DNA from: an uncultured Spirochaetota bacterium
Lineage (GTDB): Bacteria > Spirochaetota > UBA4802 > UBA5550
Direction of reading: 5' to 3'
DNA length: 64,000 bases
Assembly (NCBI GenBank): GCA_963827275.1
Contig: CAWHAA010000008.1
Span: forward strand, 256,001-320,000
The number at the start of each line of letters is the position of its first letter. Within the stretch, counting starts at the first letter, position 1. Positions 1 through 9,923 of the stretch are shown here, one piece after another. The position numbers were made by a program, and so were the translations under genes. Below the pieces are notes generated by a model that was not told where the DNA came from, did not search any database, and was given only the letters and a program-made list of their open reading frames with translations.

Positions 1-1
1 T

Positions 2-1387
2 GGTAAAGGAATTGGGTTGGACAGTGACATTTGACCCCGCCAGATAGAAGGTGGTCGTGGTGGAGCCGGTGGCCCCGTTCGGATTATAGGTAACCGCATA
101 CTCAGGCAGGATGATATAGGTCTGCTGAACGATCGGGGAACTGTTCCAGCCATCCAGTATCGCGATGGCGCGGATTGTTATTGTGGACGGCAACGGCAAG
201 CTGATATAGTCGCCGCTGCCGATCTGTGTGCCGACGCCCTGCGCGGGATCGGTGACGCCGTCCGTGGTGTACCAGATCTCCGCCGACGCAGTACCGCACG
301 TTACGAGGATTAGCTGATTCGGCGGATAGGTGCCGCTCCCCGGATTTAATACCGGGTTCGACACCGTGCCCAGGGCGGCTGTCGAGAAGACCCAGGTATA
401 ATCGGCCGCCAGGCCGTTACCTTCAAGGTCCCTCACTCCGGCGGTAACCGTGGCGGTATATGATTCGAGCCCGTCCAGCGCTGCACCTGGCGTGAATATT
501 GCGGTCCAGGTCAGCGCATCATAGGTGACCGTGCCGCTTACGGGATTGCTGTCACTGTCCGTCAGGGTAAATGTAGAGGTATTGATAGACGTCCCGTCCA
601 TCGATTTGCTGAAACGGGCTTCGATGACACTCGAGACCGCAACGCCTGCGTCGCCGTTCGCGGGACTCACTGACGTAACTGCAGGCAGGATCGTATAGGT
701 CCTGCTAGTAATGGACGAATCATTCCATCCCGACAGTACCGCTATGGCACGGAAGATCATATTGGTGGATACGGTAACCGTCCCGCTGCCGCCGGTGATC
801 GGGGTGCCGACGCCGCTGGCCGGATCGCTGCCGTTGGTGGTATACCAGATTACGGCCCCGGTCTCAGTGCAGCTAATGGTGACGTCAAGCGGCCCGGTAT
901 ATGGGCCGGACAGGTAATTGAATTCCGGCGCCGGCACTGTGCCCGCTGCGACCGTGGTAAAGCGCCATGTAAAATCCGCCCCAAGGGTGTTCCCTTGGAG
1001 ATCCGCCACCGCCGCGGAAACGGTGGCAGTGTAGGATGAAAGCATGTCCAGCGTCGCGCCGGGCGTGAATGTTGCGGTCCAGTTCACAGCATCATAGGCG
1101 ACCGTGCCGCTTACGGGATTGTTATTGCGGTCAGCAAGGGTAACGGTGGAGGCGCTGATGGAGGCCGGGTCAATGGCCTTGTTGAAACGCGCCTGTATCA
1201 CGACGTCCGTTGCGATGCCCGTTGAATTGTTTTCCGGGCTCACGGACGCAACACGCGGAAGCACATTGCCATCCAGGCCAATGAGCGACAGCAGGTCGGC
1301 ACTGCCGCTTTCAAGCTTGTTGCTCCAGCAGCCGAGAGACAGCATCATGGACGCGACAAGACCCGCGGTCACGAATTTTCTCATCAT
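2..1387 (-). CDS. Surface lipoprotein with alternating Ig-like (Big_5/SbsA-type) and chitobiase-C/FN3-associated domains; 3' end runs off the window
   Basis: Not in the ORF track because it has no stop in the window. Manual translation from ATG 1387 gives MMRKFVTAGLVASMMLSLGC (lipobox), then VASVSPENNSTGIATDVVIQARFNKAIDP...VSGTVAYD...ATFTP...YTATV...FTT and PAPEF...VTISC..GAVIWYTTNGSDP. Both units recur. Confidence 0.8.
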   Translation of the reverse strand, partial: MMRKFVTAGLVASMMLSLGCWSNKLESGSADLLSLIGLDGNVLPRVASVSPENNSTGIATDVVIQARFNKAIDPASISASTVTLADRNNNPVSGTVAYDAVNWTATFTPGATLDMLSSYTATVSAAVADLQGNTLGADFTWRFTTVAAGTVPAPEFNYLSGPYTGPLDVTISCTETGAVIWYTTNGSDPASGVGTPITGGSGTVTVSTNMIFRAIAVLSGWNDSSITSRTYTILPAVTSVSPANGDAGVAVSSVIEARFSKSMDGTSINTSTFTLTDSDSNPVSGTVTYDALTWTAIFTPGAALDGLESYTATVTAGVRDLEGNGLAADYTWVFSTAALGTVSNPVLNPGSGTYPPNQLILVTCGTASAEIWYTTDGVTDPAQGVGTQIGSGDYISLPLPSTITIRAIAILDGWNSSPIVQQTYIILPEYAVTYNPNGATGSTTTTFYLAGSNVTVQPNSFT

Positions 1388-1609
1388 GAATCCCCCTGAA
1401 CAGGCCAGGACATAAGACATAACACATCACGGATGAATATACTAAGCTTTACCCAATAGATTTAATATATCAGTTATCAATAATTCAGGCAATTATTATT
1501 TTTTCATGCATGTAAGAATAATGGAAGGAATGCCCGGTAAGGGCCAATAATGCACATGATTGAAGGCAAAAAGGGCTGCACAAGGACCTTGGAATGTATA
1601 CCTGGGGGG

Positions 1610-1624
1610 ACCGATAACTATCGG
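1610..1624. repeat. 15-bp intergenic palindromic repeat ACCGATAACTATCGG, copy 1
   Basis: CCGATA-AC-TATCGG inverted repeat; an identical 15-mer lies at 4851-4865. Confidence 0.7.
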
Positions 1625-1723
1625 ACAGGTTTACTCTGACACCCGGTCAGAGTTTCGCCTATCATATCCCTTTCTACGAATAACTGCATCTGGGCGAGGA
1701 GGAGCCCGGCACAACGTGCCGGG

Positions 1724-2047
1724 CTATTCTTTGTCATCCTGTTTCTTCTGCTCGTAGTATCTCTTCAGACGCTTTTCAATCTGCAGATACCGCAATACCC
1801 CGATGACAATAAGGACCACGCTGATGCCTATCGCGAGATAGCCGATCCACATGATTTCGGTGAAATCCTGCAGCTGGAGGAAGGCGATGCCGCCGAGGAG
1901 CATGTAGAGCGACGTCCTCGAGTAAGACAGCAGCGTCCGCTCGTTTGCCAGCCTGGTGCGCTCCAGGGCAAGATAGTCCCGGAGGATCAGCTCCTCGTTG
2001 TTGTAGAAGATATCCCTGAAAATTTTAAGCTTTTTAAATAGTTCCAT
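1724..2047 (-). CDS. DUF202/YidH-like small inner-membrane protein
   Basis: RDYLALERTRLANERTLLSYSRTSL motif followed by 2 TM helices; likely start MELFKK at 2047. Confidence 0.8.
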   Translation of the reverse strand: MELFKKLKIFRDIFYNNEELILRDYLALERTRLANERTLLSYSRTSLYMLLGGIAFLQLQDFTEIMWIGYLAIGISVVLIVIGVLRYLQIEKRLKRYYEQKKQDDKE

Positions 2048-2164
2048 TTTTGTTGTTCTGTTATATGATAAATACCACGCGCTACCGCGTAATAATATAC
2101 AATCCACTATCATTTTTTTTCAACTAAAATATTAATCAGGCGAAACGCAAAAGCGGCGATAATC

Positions 2165-3938
2165 TCAGAAGAGGGGCCAGAAATACATGATAAGGGGGAC
2201 GCCGATCAGCACGATCACCATCTCAAGGGGAAGCCCCATGCGCCAGTAATCGGTGAAGCGGTACCCGCCGGGGCCCATCACCAGAGTGTTTGACTGGTGG
2301 CCTATCGGCGTGAGGAACGCGGACGAGCCCCCGATCGCGACCGCCATGAGGAAGGGGTCGATCGAAGCGCTTATCCCGTGCGCGACGCCGATGCCGATGG
2401 GGGCCATCAGCACTACCGTGGCCGCGTTGTTTATGATGTCCGACAGGAACATGGTGACGATAAAGACGATGGCGAGCATGGCCCAGGATGGAAGGTCGCC
2501 GGAAAGGCCGAGTATCTGCGACGCGATCGAGATCGGCCCCGCCCGTCGTTTCGAGGGCCTGCCCCACCGGTATCATCGCCCCGAGAAGGACTATGACCGG
2601 CCAGTCCACGGAGTCGTAGACCTCCCTGGCGGGAATGAGCCCGGAGAGCACGAAGGCGACAGCGGCCATGCCGAAGGCGACCTGCACGCTCAGCAGGCCC
2701 GCGGCCGTCAGGACAATCGATACCCCGAATATGCCGAGCGACATGACCAGGTTCTTCCGGTAGCCCATGCGGAGTTCACGCTTGGCCAGTGGCAGGCACC
2801 TCATGGCCTTCATCGTGTCATGAAGCATGTGGCTCCTCCCCTGGAGAAGGATAACGTCGCCGGGCATGAAGACCAGATGGTCGAGCCGGCTCTGCATCCT
2901 GGTCTCCCTGCGGGCTATCGCGAGAAGGTTGAGCCCGTAGGTGGAGCGCATGCTGATGCTGGCGGCGGACTCCCCCACGAGGGGCGAGTCATTCATGATG
3001 ACGGACTCGGCGAGCTCTATGTCTTTCGATCCGCGCGCGTCGTTCCGGAATTTTTTTCCGCCCACGAGCCTGACGCCCCCGTTGTTTATGAATTTTTCCA
3101 GGGCCGCCGCGTCCGCCTCGATTATCAGGATGTCGTTTACCTTCAGGACTTCATCCAGGGACGGCGCATGGATCCTCTTCTTCTGCCTCACCATCCCCAG
3201 GATGTTTACGTCGGTGTCCGTCTTTTTATTTACTTCGGCGATCGTCAAGCCGCGGATTTTAGATTCGCGGACGACCTTCGCCTCCGTGATATACTCGTTG
3301 ATCCTGAAAAGATCGTTGGCGCTGTTCTGCGACGTCCTCCGGGGGAGAAGCCGCCATCCGATGAGCGAAACGAACAGGATGCCGACGGCCGCCACCGCCA
3401 GGCCGACCGGGGCGTACTGGAACATGCCGAACGCCTCGCCGCCGTGGGAGGCGCGTATGGTCGCGATGATGATGTTCGGGGGCGTGCCGATAAGGGTCGT
3501 CATCCCTCCCAGCAAAGAGGCGAACGCTATGGGCATCAGGAACACAGAGGGGGAATTGCCGCCACGGCGCGCGATGAAGATCGCGACGGGCATCATGATC
3601 GCGAGCGCGCCGACGTTGTTCATGAACGCCGAGGCGAGCGCGGTTATGGCGGAAAGCGCGGCTATCTGCAGGACGAGGTTGTTCCCGACCCGTGAAACCA
3701 CCTGCCCGAGAAGGTCGACCACGCCCGACCGCTCCATCCCGGCGCCGATAATCAGCACGCTCGCGACAGTGATGACCGCCGGGTGCCCGAACCCGCTGAA
3801 GGCCCCGGACGGCGGGACTATTCCGGTCACCGTCACCGCGAAGAGGGCGATCAGCGCCACGAAATCGTGCCGTATCCTCCCCCACGCGAACAGGACGAGG
3901 GCGACGCCGAGCGTGATGAACACAATGGCCTGGCTCAT
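2165..3938 (-). CDS. SLC13/CitM-family permease with two TrkA-C (RCK_C) domains; +1 frameshift near 2528
   Basis: SAFMNNVGA, GGMTTLIGTPPNII and the C-terminal AFLTPIGHQSNTLVMGPGGY are split across ORFs 2223..5009 and 2165..2479. Removing one base gives a continuous GGADLIASQIL. True start is MSQAIVF at 3938. Confidence 0.85.
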
Positions 3939-4175
3939 GCGCTTCTTTTCACCTTGAAAATGAAACATGCGCCGGAGCGGGGAACAGGCTGAATACGCGC
4001 CTGATTCGCCCCCCGTGCGTCTGATAAGAGAGCGCCCGCCAGCCGCTCCAGTCAAGCCAATTTCTCCAGGCCATTCCCCGGTGCGCGGGGCGGACTGATC
4101 GCCGGCCGGGTAAAATGTGGTTGAATTATCGGCCGTACCGTGCATAAATAAAGACAACCGTAAAAGGAGGCCCCC

Positions 4176-4814
4176 ATGTTCCACCTCTTCACCATTGACG
4201 GAAAAAAGGCCGACCTGCCCCTCGAAAAAATCGGCCAGAACCCGAGGGTCGGCAGAATCAGCAAGAAATACAGGTCCAGGAAGCAGATAGCGGTCGACGT
4301 GCACGGCGGGGATGATCGGCCCGCCCGTGAAGATGTTGACAACCGCTATGTCAGGGAGGCGTACCGGGGGGCCGGGCGCATGGAGGAGACGCGCGAGCGC
4401 GTGTACCGGGCCTTCGAGATAATGAGCTCGCCGGTCATCACCATCGGGCCCGGGGTGACGGCGGCGGAGGCCTGGACCAGGTTCAACGAGCACGGCTGCC
4501 GCCACATGCCGGTCGTTTCCGGCGAGGGGACAATAATCGGGATCCTGTCCGAAAGGGAGCTGCTGAAGCAGCTGATAATCAGCGACGGGAAGGTGGAAGA
4601 CGCGCGCGATATAACCGTCCGGGACATCATGTCCCCCGACGTCATCGCCACGGCCCCCCAGACGGACATCCGGCGGGTCGCACGCGCAATGCTGGAGCAG
4701 CACCTGGGCCTTATGCCCATCATCAATGAAAATGGAGGGCTCGCCGGCGTGGTGACGCGGAGCGACATCCTCAACGCCATCATCAAACATCCCGGCTTCA
4801 GCCTGTGGGCGTAG
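4176..4814 (+). CDS. CBS-pair domain protein with N-terminal extension
   Basis: IMSSPVIT, RHMPVV..IIGILSERELL, IMSPDVI, MPIINE.GGLAGVVTRSDIL; RBS AAGGAGG. Confidence 0.85.
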   Translation: MFHLFTIDGKKADLPLEKIGQNPRVGRISKKYRSRKQIAVDVHGGDDRPAREDVDNRYVREAYRGAGRMEETRERVYRAFEIMSSPVITIGPGVTAAEAWTRFNEHGCRHMPVVSGEGTIIGILSERELLKQLIISDGKVEDARDITVRDIMSPDVIATAPQTDIRRVARAMLEQHLGLMPIINENGGLAGVVTRSDILNAIIKHPGFSLWA

Positions 4815-4850
4815 CGACAGGCAGCCGGGTATTGTATGCTGACCCTTGCT

Positions 4851-4865
4851 ACCGATAACTATCGG
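4851..4865. repeat. 15-bp intergenic palindromic repeat ACCGATAACTATCGG, copy 2
   Basis: Identical to 1610-1624; lies between convergent genes. Confidence 0.7.
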
Positions 4866-5032
4866 CCATGCGTTGCCCTGTTTATCATGTGAAGCCCCCT
4901 CCGGCACAAAACGCGTCGGGCAGGGGCCTTGCTGGTACCCTGGCACCGGGCGGCGGCTCGTCAGGGAGCTGGCGGCAGTTGTGCAGGGAAAAAACGGCGC
5001 GTTTATCACGCGCCGTTTTTCCGACGCCGGGG

Positions 5033-6499
5033 TCAGATCAAATATCGGTCGCCAGGTACCCGAGGCCTGATGATCGCCAGGCCCGGAAGGGAAAACGCTC
5101 CGAGCGCGTGATCCGTCACTTCCACGCTTTCGTCTTTAACCGTGAATGTGAGGTTCGTAACGGTCGCCTTGCGGGTGCTCATCTCCAGCTCTGTATCGGT
5201 GACGGCGCCGCTGCCGTTCATCTTCAGCACCATGTAATCGTATCCCCCCGTGCCGTACATTTTCGTGCTGCCGGCGCCGACAAACCCGCCTCCGCTGACC
5301 GGGGCGAAGGCGCGCAGGTCCATCAAGTTTTTTGTGACCTTCACTGTAATTTCACCGCTTGTAAGCAGATAATAGTATTCCCAGGTAGTGGTGTACGTGA
5401 ATGTTTTTTCCCGGTAATTCTCCTGCCACTCTATCGCGCCGCTCGAGGAGAGCTTGATGATCCACGCCGCCTGGTCGAATCTTTCCGTGGCGGTAACAAT
5501 GGATCCGCAATCGTACTCGCTTGTTCCCGCGAACACATACCCGCCATCGGCAAGGGGGTATGCCGCTATCGGCACGCTCGTCGTATAGGTGTTCGAATTC
5601 GACCTGATGATCGAGGATATCTCCCTGGCCCACAGCCTGTTTCCCGACGCGTCGATGCGCAGGACCCATACCGTGTTCCCCCACTGGCTTTCTCCGGCAA
5701 GCACGTATCCGCCGTCCTGCGCCTGTTCAACCGACACGAAGCCATCGTAATTTTCGCCGTACTCAAGGTCCTTGATCCCGCCGGACGGCCCGTAGGTCTT
5801 CTGCCATTCAACCGCGCCGCTCCCGGTCATTTTGATCGCAAAGGAAAGAGAGGTGCCCGGGGAATCCCCGGTGCTCGATGGGAAATAAACACTTTCGGCC
5901 ATGATGCATCCGCCGTCGGACGTGGCCCGTATCGAGAAGTAGGGCCTTCCGTAGTGAATATTGATCTTCTTGCACCAGAGGGTATCCCCGGCCGCGTCCT
6001 TTTTCATCACAACGGAAAATTCATCCCAGACATAGAGCGTATATATCGCGCCCGTGCTTTTATCGACATCAATGGCGCACCAGGACAGGGACCCCTGCCA
6101 GTCATTGCTCTTTTCCCACAATTCATTACCGCCGGAGTCAAGCTTTATCAGGACATCGGATGAATACGTGCCCTGGCCGGCAACGACAAGGTCTCCTTCC
6201 GCGGTCTCGCCGAGCGCCATCAGCGTGAGCCCTTCCTGGCCTGTTGCGAAGCGTTTCTGCCACAGGACGGCGCCCTCTCCGTTCAGCTTGACGATGTCAT
6301 TCGCATCACCGAGCATGACAAATCCTCCGTCAACAGTCGGTATGATTTTGTGGGGATACGCCTCATCGCCCGCGGCGGTCCCGTACGCCTTCACCCAGTT
6401 TGTTATGCCGTCATCGGAGCCGCCGTTATCGCACGATATGCAGATCGCAGCGGCGCCGGCAAGCAGGATCATGATAATCGACATTTTTTTCTTTTTCAT
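5033..6499 (-). CDS. Lipoprotein with beta-propeller-like repeats (DGG(Y/F)V...W(I/V)xKLxxxGxxxWQK)
   Basis: Signal/lipobox MKKKKMSIIMILLAGAAAICISC; repeated units such as KLDSGGNELWEK, KMTGSGAVEWQKTYG and KLSSSGAIEWQE. Confidence 0.75.
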   Translation of the reverse strand: MKKKKMSIIMILLAGAAAICISCDNGGSDDGITNWVKAYGTAAGDEAYPHKIIPTVDGGFVMLGDANDIVKLNGEGAVLWQKRFATGQEGLTLMALGETAEGDLVVAGQGTYSSDVLIKLDSGGNELWEKSNDWQGSLSWCAIDVDKSTGAIYTLYVWDEFSVVMKKDAAGDTLWCKKINIHYGRPYFSIRATSDGGCIMAESVYFPSSTGDSPGTSLSFAIKMTGSGAVEWQKTYGPSGGIKDLEYGENYDGFVSVEQAQDGGYVLAGESQWGNTVWVLRIDASGNRLWAREISSIIRSNSNTYTTSVPIAAYPLADGGYVFAGTSEYDCGSIVTATERFDQAAWIIKLSSSGAIEWQENYREKTFTYTTTWEYYYLLTSGEITVKVTKNLMDLRAFAPVSGGGFVGAGSTKMYGTGGYDYMVLKMNGSGAVTDTELEMSTRKATVTNLTFTVKDESVEVTDHALGAFSLPGLAIIRPRVPGDRYLI

Positions 6500-6954
6500 G
6501 GCATTTAACCCTCGCATATTTTTTAACATATCCATCTGCCACAGGCCCGGCCAGCTCTCCACTGCCCTGTGCGCCAGGTCGGTGATCGTCAGTTCCGAAA
6601 AATCATCAGTTTTCAAAAGAATATCCGGCTGATGCGCGCTCCTGTCAAACAACGTGAAAGAGAGGTGCGTCATGGCCGCCATGCGCGGCTTTCCCCCATG
6701 GCGGGAACCATGCAGTTCAACAGGATCATGTAGTTTATATTAAACAGATGGACGGACGGCCGCAGTCTCTGCACTGCGGCTCTGTATGTTTATGCTTTTT
6801 CTTTATGTTGGGTCATACTAATTCTTGTTAGTTTTTATTTGCAACAAAAAAATCAGCAATGAATTTAGAATTCAGCAGATCGTGGGGATCTGCGCCGAAT
6901 AAGTTTTGAGCGGCATGCGCCCGGATATCGCTTTACGGTCGAGCTATCGCACGG

Positions 6955-7800
6955 TCAGAATTTCATGCCTATGCTGAAATACGGTATGCCCAGCGGCAAA
7001 AATAGCCACAGGGACTTTATGTACCATTCTTCCAAGGGGAGTATGAAGCCAATATCCCCGAATACATCCCCGCCATGCCCCCTGAACCCGTACATGACCG
7101 CCCACAGCTGGCCGTATTTATTTTTCGAGACGTTCCATGACAGTGATTTATTAAAATCAATCACGAACGGGGTATGTACCTCGAGCAAAAAGGCCCAGTT
7201 CTTGTTGATCGAATACCGGTACCCGAAGCTGGCAAGGACCCCCAACCCTTCTACGATAGAAAATTTACTTTTTTTGTTGAAGCCGGCGCAATCGGCGGCC
7301 ATGACCCCGAGATTCACCATGTGCGGGCCCTTCACCCAGGTCGCGGCAGCATGCCCGCCAAAGCCCATATACACATTCCCGTCACCATTATCCACGTATG
7401 GTACCCAGACGCCGGCAAAGAGCCCCGCGCCGAGGGCGAAATTCCTGGTCACATACTTGTTGAACGAAATATGCGGAATGGCCCCGACGGACAATATCGG
7501 CAGCTGCACCGCGACACCGATTGTCACGTTCGGGTTGACCGTATAATCAATGTCCCATATTCCCGCGGCGTATCCGGTCAGGTGCAGGTCCCGCGGCCTG
7601 TTCCCGAGAGCCGTTCTGCTGAATATGATGCGGTCCTGGGTCTGATCGCAGGACTCGTCCTCCACGGCGGCTTTGTCATCTTTCTTCACGGTTTCATCGA
7701 TTATGACGGTGTTATCAGCGGCGCTTCCCGCGTCTTCCGCCATCAGCAGGACGGATGGCGACATGATAAACAATAGCAATAACGGCAAGAAATTCAACAT
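6955..7800 (-). CDS. Hypothetical exported, beta-rich protein (possible outer-membrane beta-barrel)
   Basis: Signal-peptide-like N-terminus, alternating amphipathic strands and C-terminal Phe (FSIGMKF); start uncertain. Confidence 0.55.
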   Translation of the reverse strand: MLNFLPLLLLFIMSPSVLLMAEDAGSAADNTVIIDETVKKDDKAAVEDESCDQTQDRIIFSRTALGNRPRDLHLTGYAAGIWDIDYTVNPNVTIGVAVQLPILSVGAIPHISFNKYVTRNFALGAGLFAGVWVPYVDNGDGNVYMGFGGHAAATWVKGPHMVNLGVMAADCAGFNKKSKFSIVEGLGVLASFGYRYSINKNWAFLLEVHTPFVIDFNKSLSWNVSKNKYGQLWAVMYGFRGHGGDVFGDIGFILPLEEWYIKSLWLFLPLGIPYFSIGMKF

Positions 7801-8048
7801 CCCTCCCATCACCCCAACCCTCGCCGGCAACCAGCTTTTCATACTCCCCTCCCTTCATTCATTTCCCGAAAAATTGCACATCATTACGGCATCACGCACG
7901 AATACCCTTCGCACCTCTTTACTGAAAAGGATGCTCGTTTTTCATGCGGGCCATACTGTTGGAAATTACCTGATGGAAGTCAGTAAATCTAATACGATGC
8001 GGCCAGTATCCCCGATTGTTATGAACAATTTCGGAGAATCCGGATCTG

Positions 8049-9593
8049 TTAATTGCCTGATTTGATTCTGGCGCGGTATTCCGAGGGGGTAAGGTCCATG
8101 ATGGCCTTGAAGGATCGGTTGAAAGAAACAATATTGTCGAAGCCGACCGAGAACGCGATATCGATGATCCTGGTGCTGCCAGAGCCCAGGCGTCCGGACG
8201 CCTCCTCGATGCGGAGCTTGTTGATGTACTCGCTTATTTTCATGCCGGTATAGGTCTTGAAAAGCTTGCTCATGTAATCCGGATTCATGCCAACCGCCTC
8301 TGACAGGCCTTCGCGCGCTATATCCGACCGGTAGTTCTCCTTTATGAAATCGATGACCCATTTGAGCTTGTCCTCGGTTTCATTGGTTATCGACAGCGGC
8401 TTCTTCCCGGCCCTGTTCTTCAGCGAATCGTACAGGTGTTCCATTGTGCGCAGCCTGTTGTATATGTCGCGCCCCGCCAGGACAATGATGATCAGGTTGA
8501 TGATAAGGGCCCCGAGCGCGGGCACCAGGAGCATGGTCCTCCCTCCCCGGCAATAGACGGCGATATCCCAGGCAGCGGCGATCTGGGACAGGATCACCAG
8601 CAGCACTATGCGGTGGAACTTGTAGCGTTCCTGCCGATCGCGGGGCAGCCGCCTCAGGAGGTACGCCACGTAGCCGACAAACAAGAGCTCGGCTGCCACC
8701 GCACAGGCCGGTCTGATCCAGGATTGATACTCCCCCGCATGGCTGGCAATAATCATCGCGGACACGACGCCGAAGAGCCCTGCGACAGCGATGTTCTGGT
8801 AGTAAAAATATTTCCGGAAGAGCGACTGGATGAATATGATGAGCAACATGGCCAGGACCGGATAGAGGAGCCAGTGAATGATGAAGATCCAGTCGAAGGG
8901 AATCACCAGCAGGGCATGAGGGGAAAACAGGGCGACGATATACAGTGTCATGACCAGGGTTATCAGGCCCCCATAAAGAAAAATCGAATTCTTCCTGTTC
9001 CAGAAATAGAACACCACTATGACAGTCAGGAACGCTGCCAGGCTGATGGCGATCGCGAGAGGGATCTTGTCGAAGGCGGTCTCGCTGAACATTTTTTCCC
9101 GGAGATATTCACGCTTCTGAAGGACATGCACCTCGTCCGGCAGGCCGCCCCATTCCCCGCTGCAGATGCCGAGGCGGACAAGGAGCGCGTTTTTTCCCGT
9201 TTTGACCACGCCCGGCGGGATCACGTAGGTGCTCGGGAAATGGATATTGGCGTAATCCCCGGGCGCCTGGGAGTCGATGAATGTCCCGTTGATGAATACT
9301 TCATCCGTGTGAAAGGTCCTCCCCAGGGATATCCCGTAATAACCGGCGGGATCGCCGGATACGGTGAATTTACCCCTGAACCAGGCATAACAAAAGGCGC
9401 CCGGTTTCCGGCATTTTGCTTTTATCAAACCGGGAACGGGCAGGGGGATCCAGCCCTCCGCCGGCGGACCGGCCCCGCGGGCGGCTTCTGTTTCCAGGGA
9501 ATAGCTCCAGTCGCTGACCGCAAGGGAACCATCCGCGCCAAGGAGACATTGCGCCAGCAGGAAGATGAACAGTATGGAGTGAACAAGCTTCAT
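8049..9593 (-). CDS. Membrane-bound AraC-family regulator: exported sugar-binding-like domain, 7TM region, AraC HTH
   Basis: Signal peptide; AWFRGKF..DEVFING (7TM-DISM-type jelly-roll); about 7 TM helices; C-terminal IIDIAFSVGFDNIVSFNRSFKAIMDLTPSEYR. Confidence 0.85.
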   Translation of the reverse strand: MKLVHSILFIFLLAQCLLGADGSLAVSDWSYSLETEAARGAGPPAEGWIPLPVPGLIKAKCRKPGAFCYAWFRGKFTVSGDPAGYYGISLGRTFHTDEVFINGTFIDSQAPGDYANIHFPSTYVIPPGVVKTGKNALLVRLGICSGEWGGLPDEVHVLQKREYLREKMFSETAFDKIPLAIAISLAAFLTVIVVFYFWNRKNSIFLYGGLITLVMTLYIVALFSPHALLVIPFDWIFIIHWLLYPVLAMLLIIFIQSLFRKYFYYQNIAVAGLFGVVSAMIIASHAGEYQSWIRPACAVAAELLFVGYVAYLLRRLPRDRQERYKFHRIVLLVILSQIAAAWDIAVYCRGGRTMLLVPALGALIINLIIIVLAGRDIYNRLRTMEHLYDSLKNRAGKKPLSITNETEDKLKWVIDFIKENYRSDIAREGLSEAVGMNPDYMSKLFKTYTGMKISEYINKLRIEEASGRLGSGSTRIIDIAFSVGFDNIVSFNRSFKAIMDLTPSEYRARIKSGN

Positions 9594-9755
9594 TGTCAGG
9601 GAAATTCAATCCTTTTCTCGGGCAGGCCGGGGACGGCATGTTTATTATCAGGTCCTGCCCGGCATCAATCGCGCACATTACATAACCGCCGGACAGGCGC
9701 CGTACCACTTCACGCGCCGTGTACAATGCGATAAACATTGCAAATGGATAAAGAA

Positions 9756-9786
9756 AACCCGCCCCCGATTATTGGAGGGGCGGGTT
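9756..9786 (-). terminator. Rho-independent terminator downstream of the MCP gene
   Basis: AACCCGCCCC...GGGGCGGGTT stem followed by a T-rich tract on the minus strand. Confidence 0.65.
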
Positions 9787-9923
9787 GCATAAATAGCAAG
9801 ATAAATTTATTGCTATCAGGGAAATTGCTTCTTCATCGGTACAGGCCTGTGCGATTGAATGCGCTGTATGGGCTGCTCCCTTCCCAATGAGTCCTCTTCT
9901 ATGGGGGTATTTAGCAGGTAATT

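Noticed and set aside
2223..5009. 928-aa ORF as one protein
   Set aside because: Its N-terminal part is antisense to the CBS gene. The real permease starts at 3938 and its C-terminus is frameshifted.
6500..6682. In-frame 61-codon extension upstream of the propeller lipoprotein
   Set aside because: The signal peptide and RBS point to a start at 6499; the extension has no recognisable motif.
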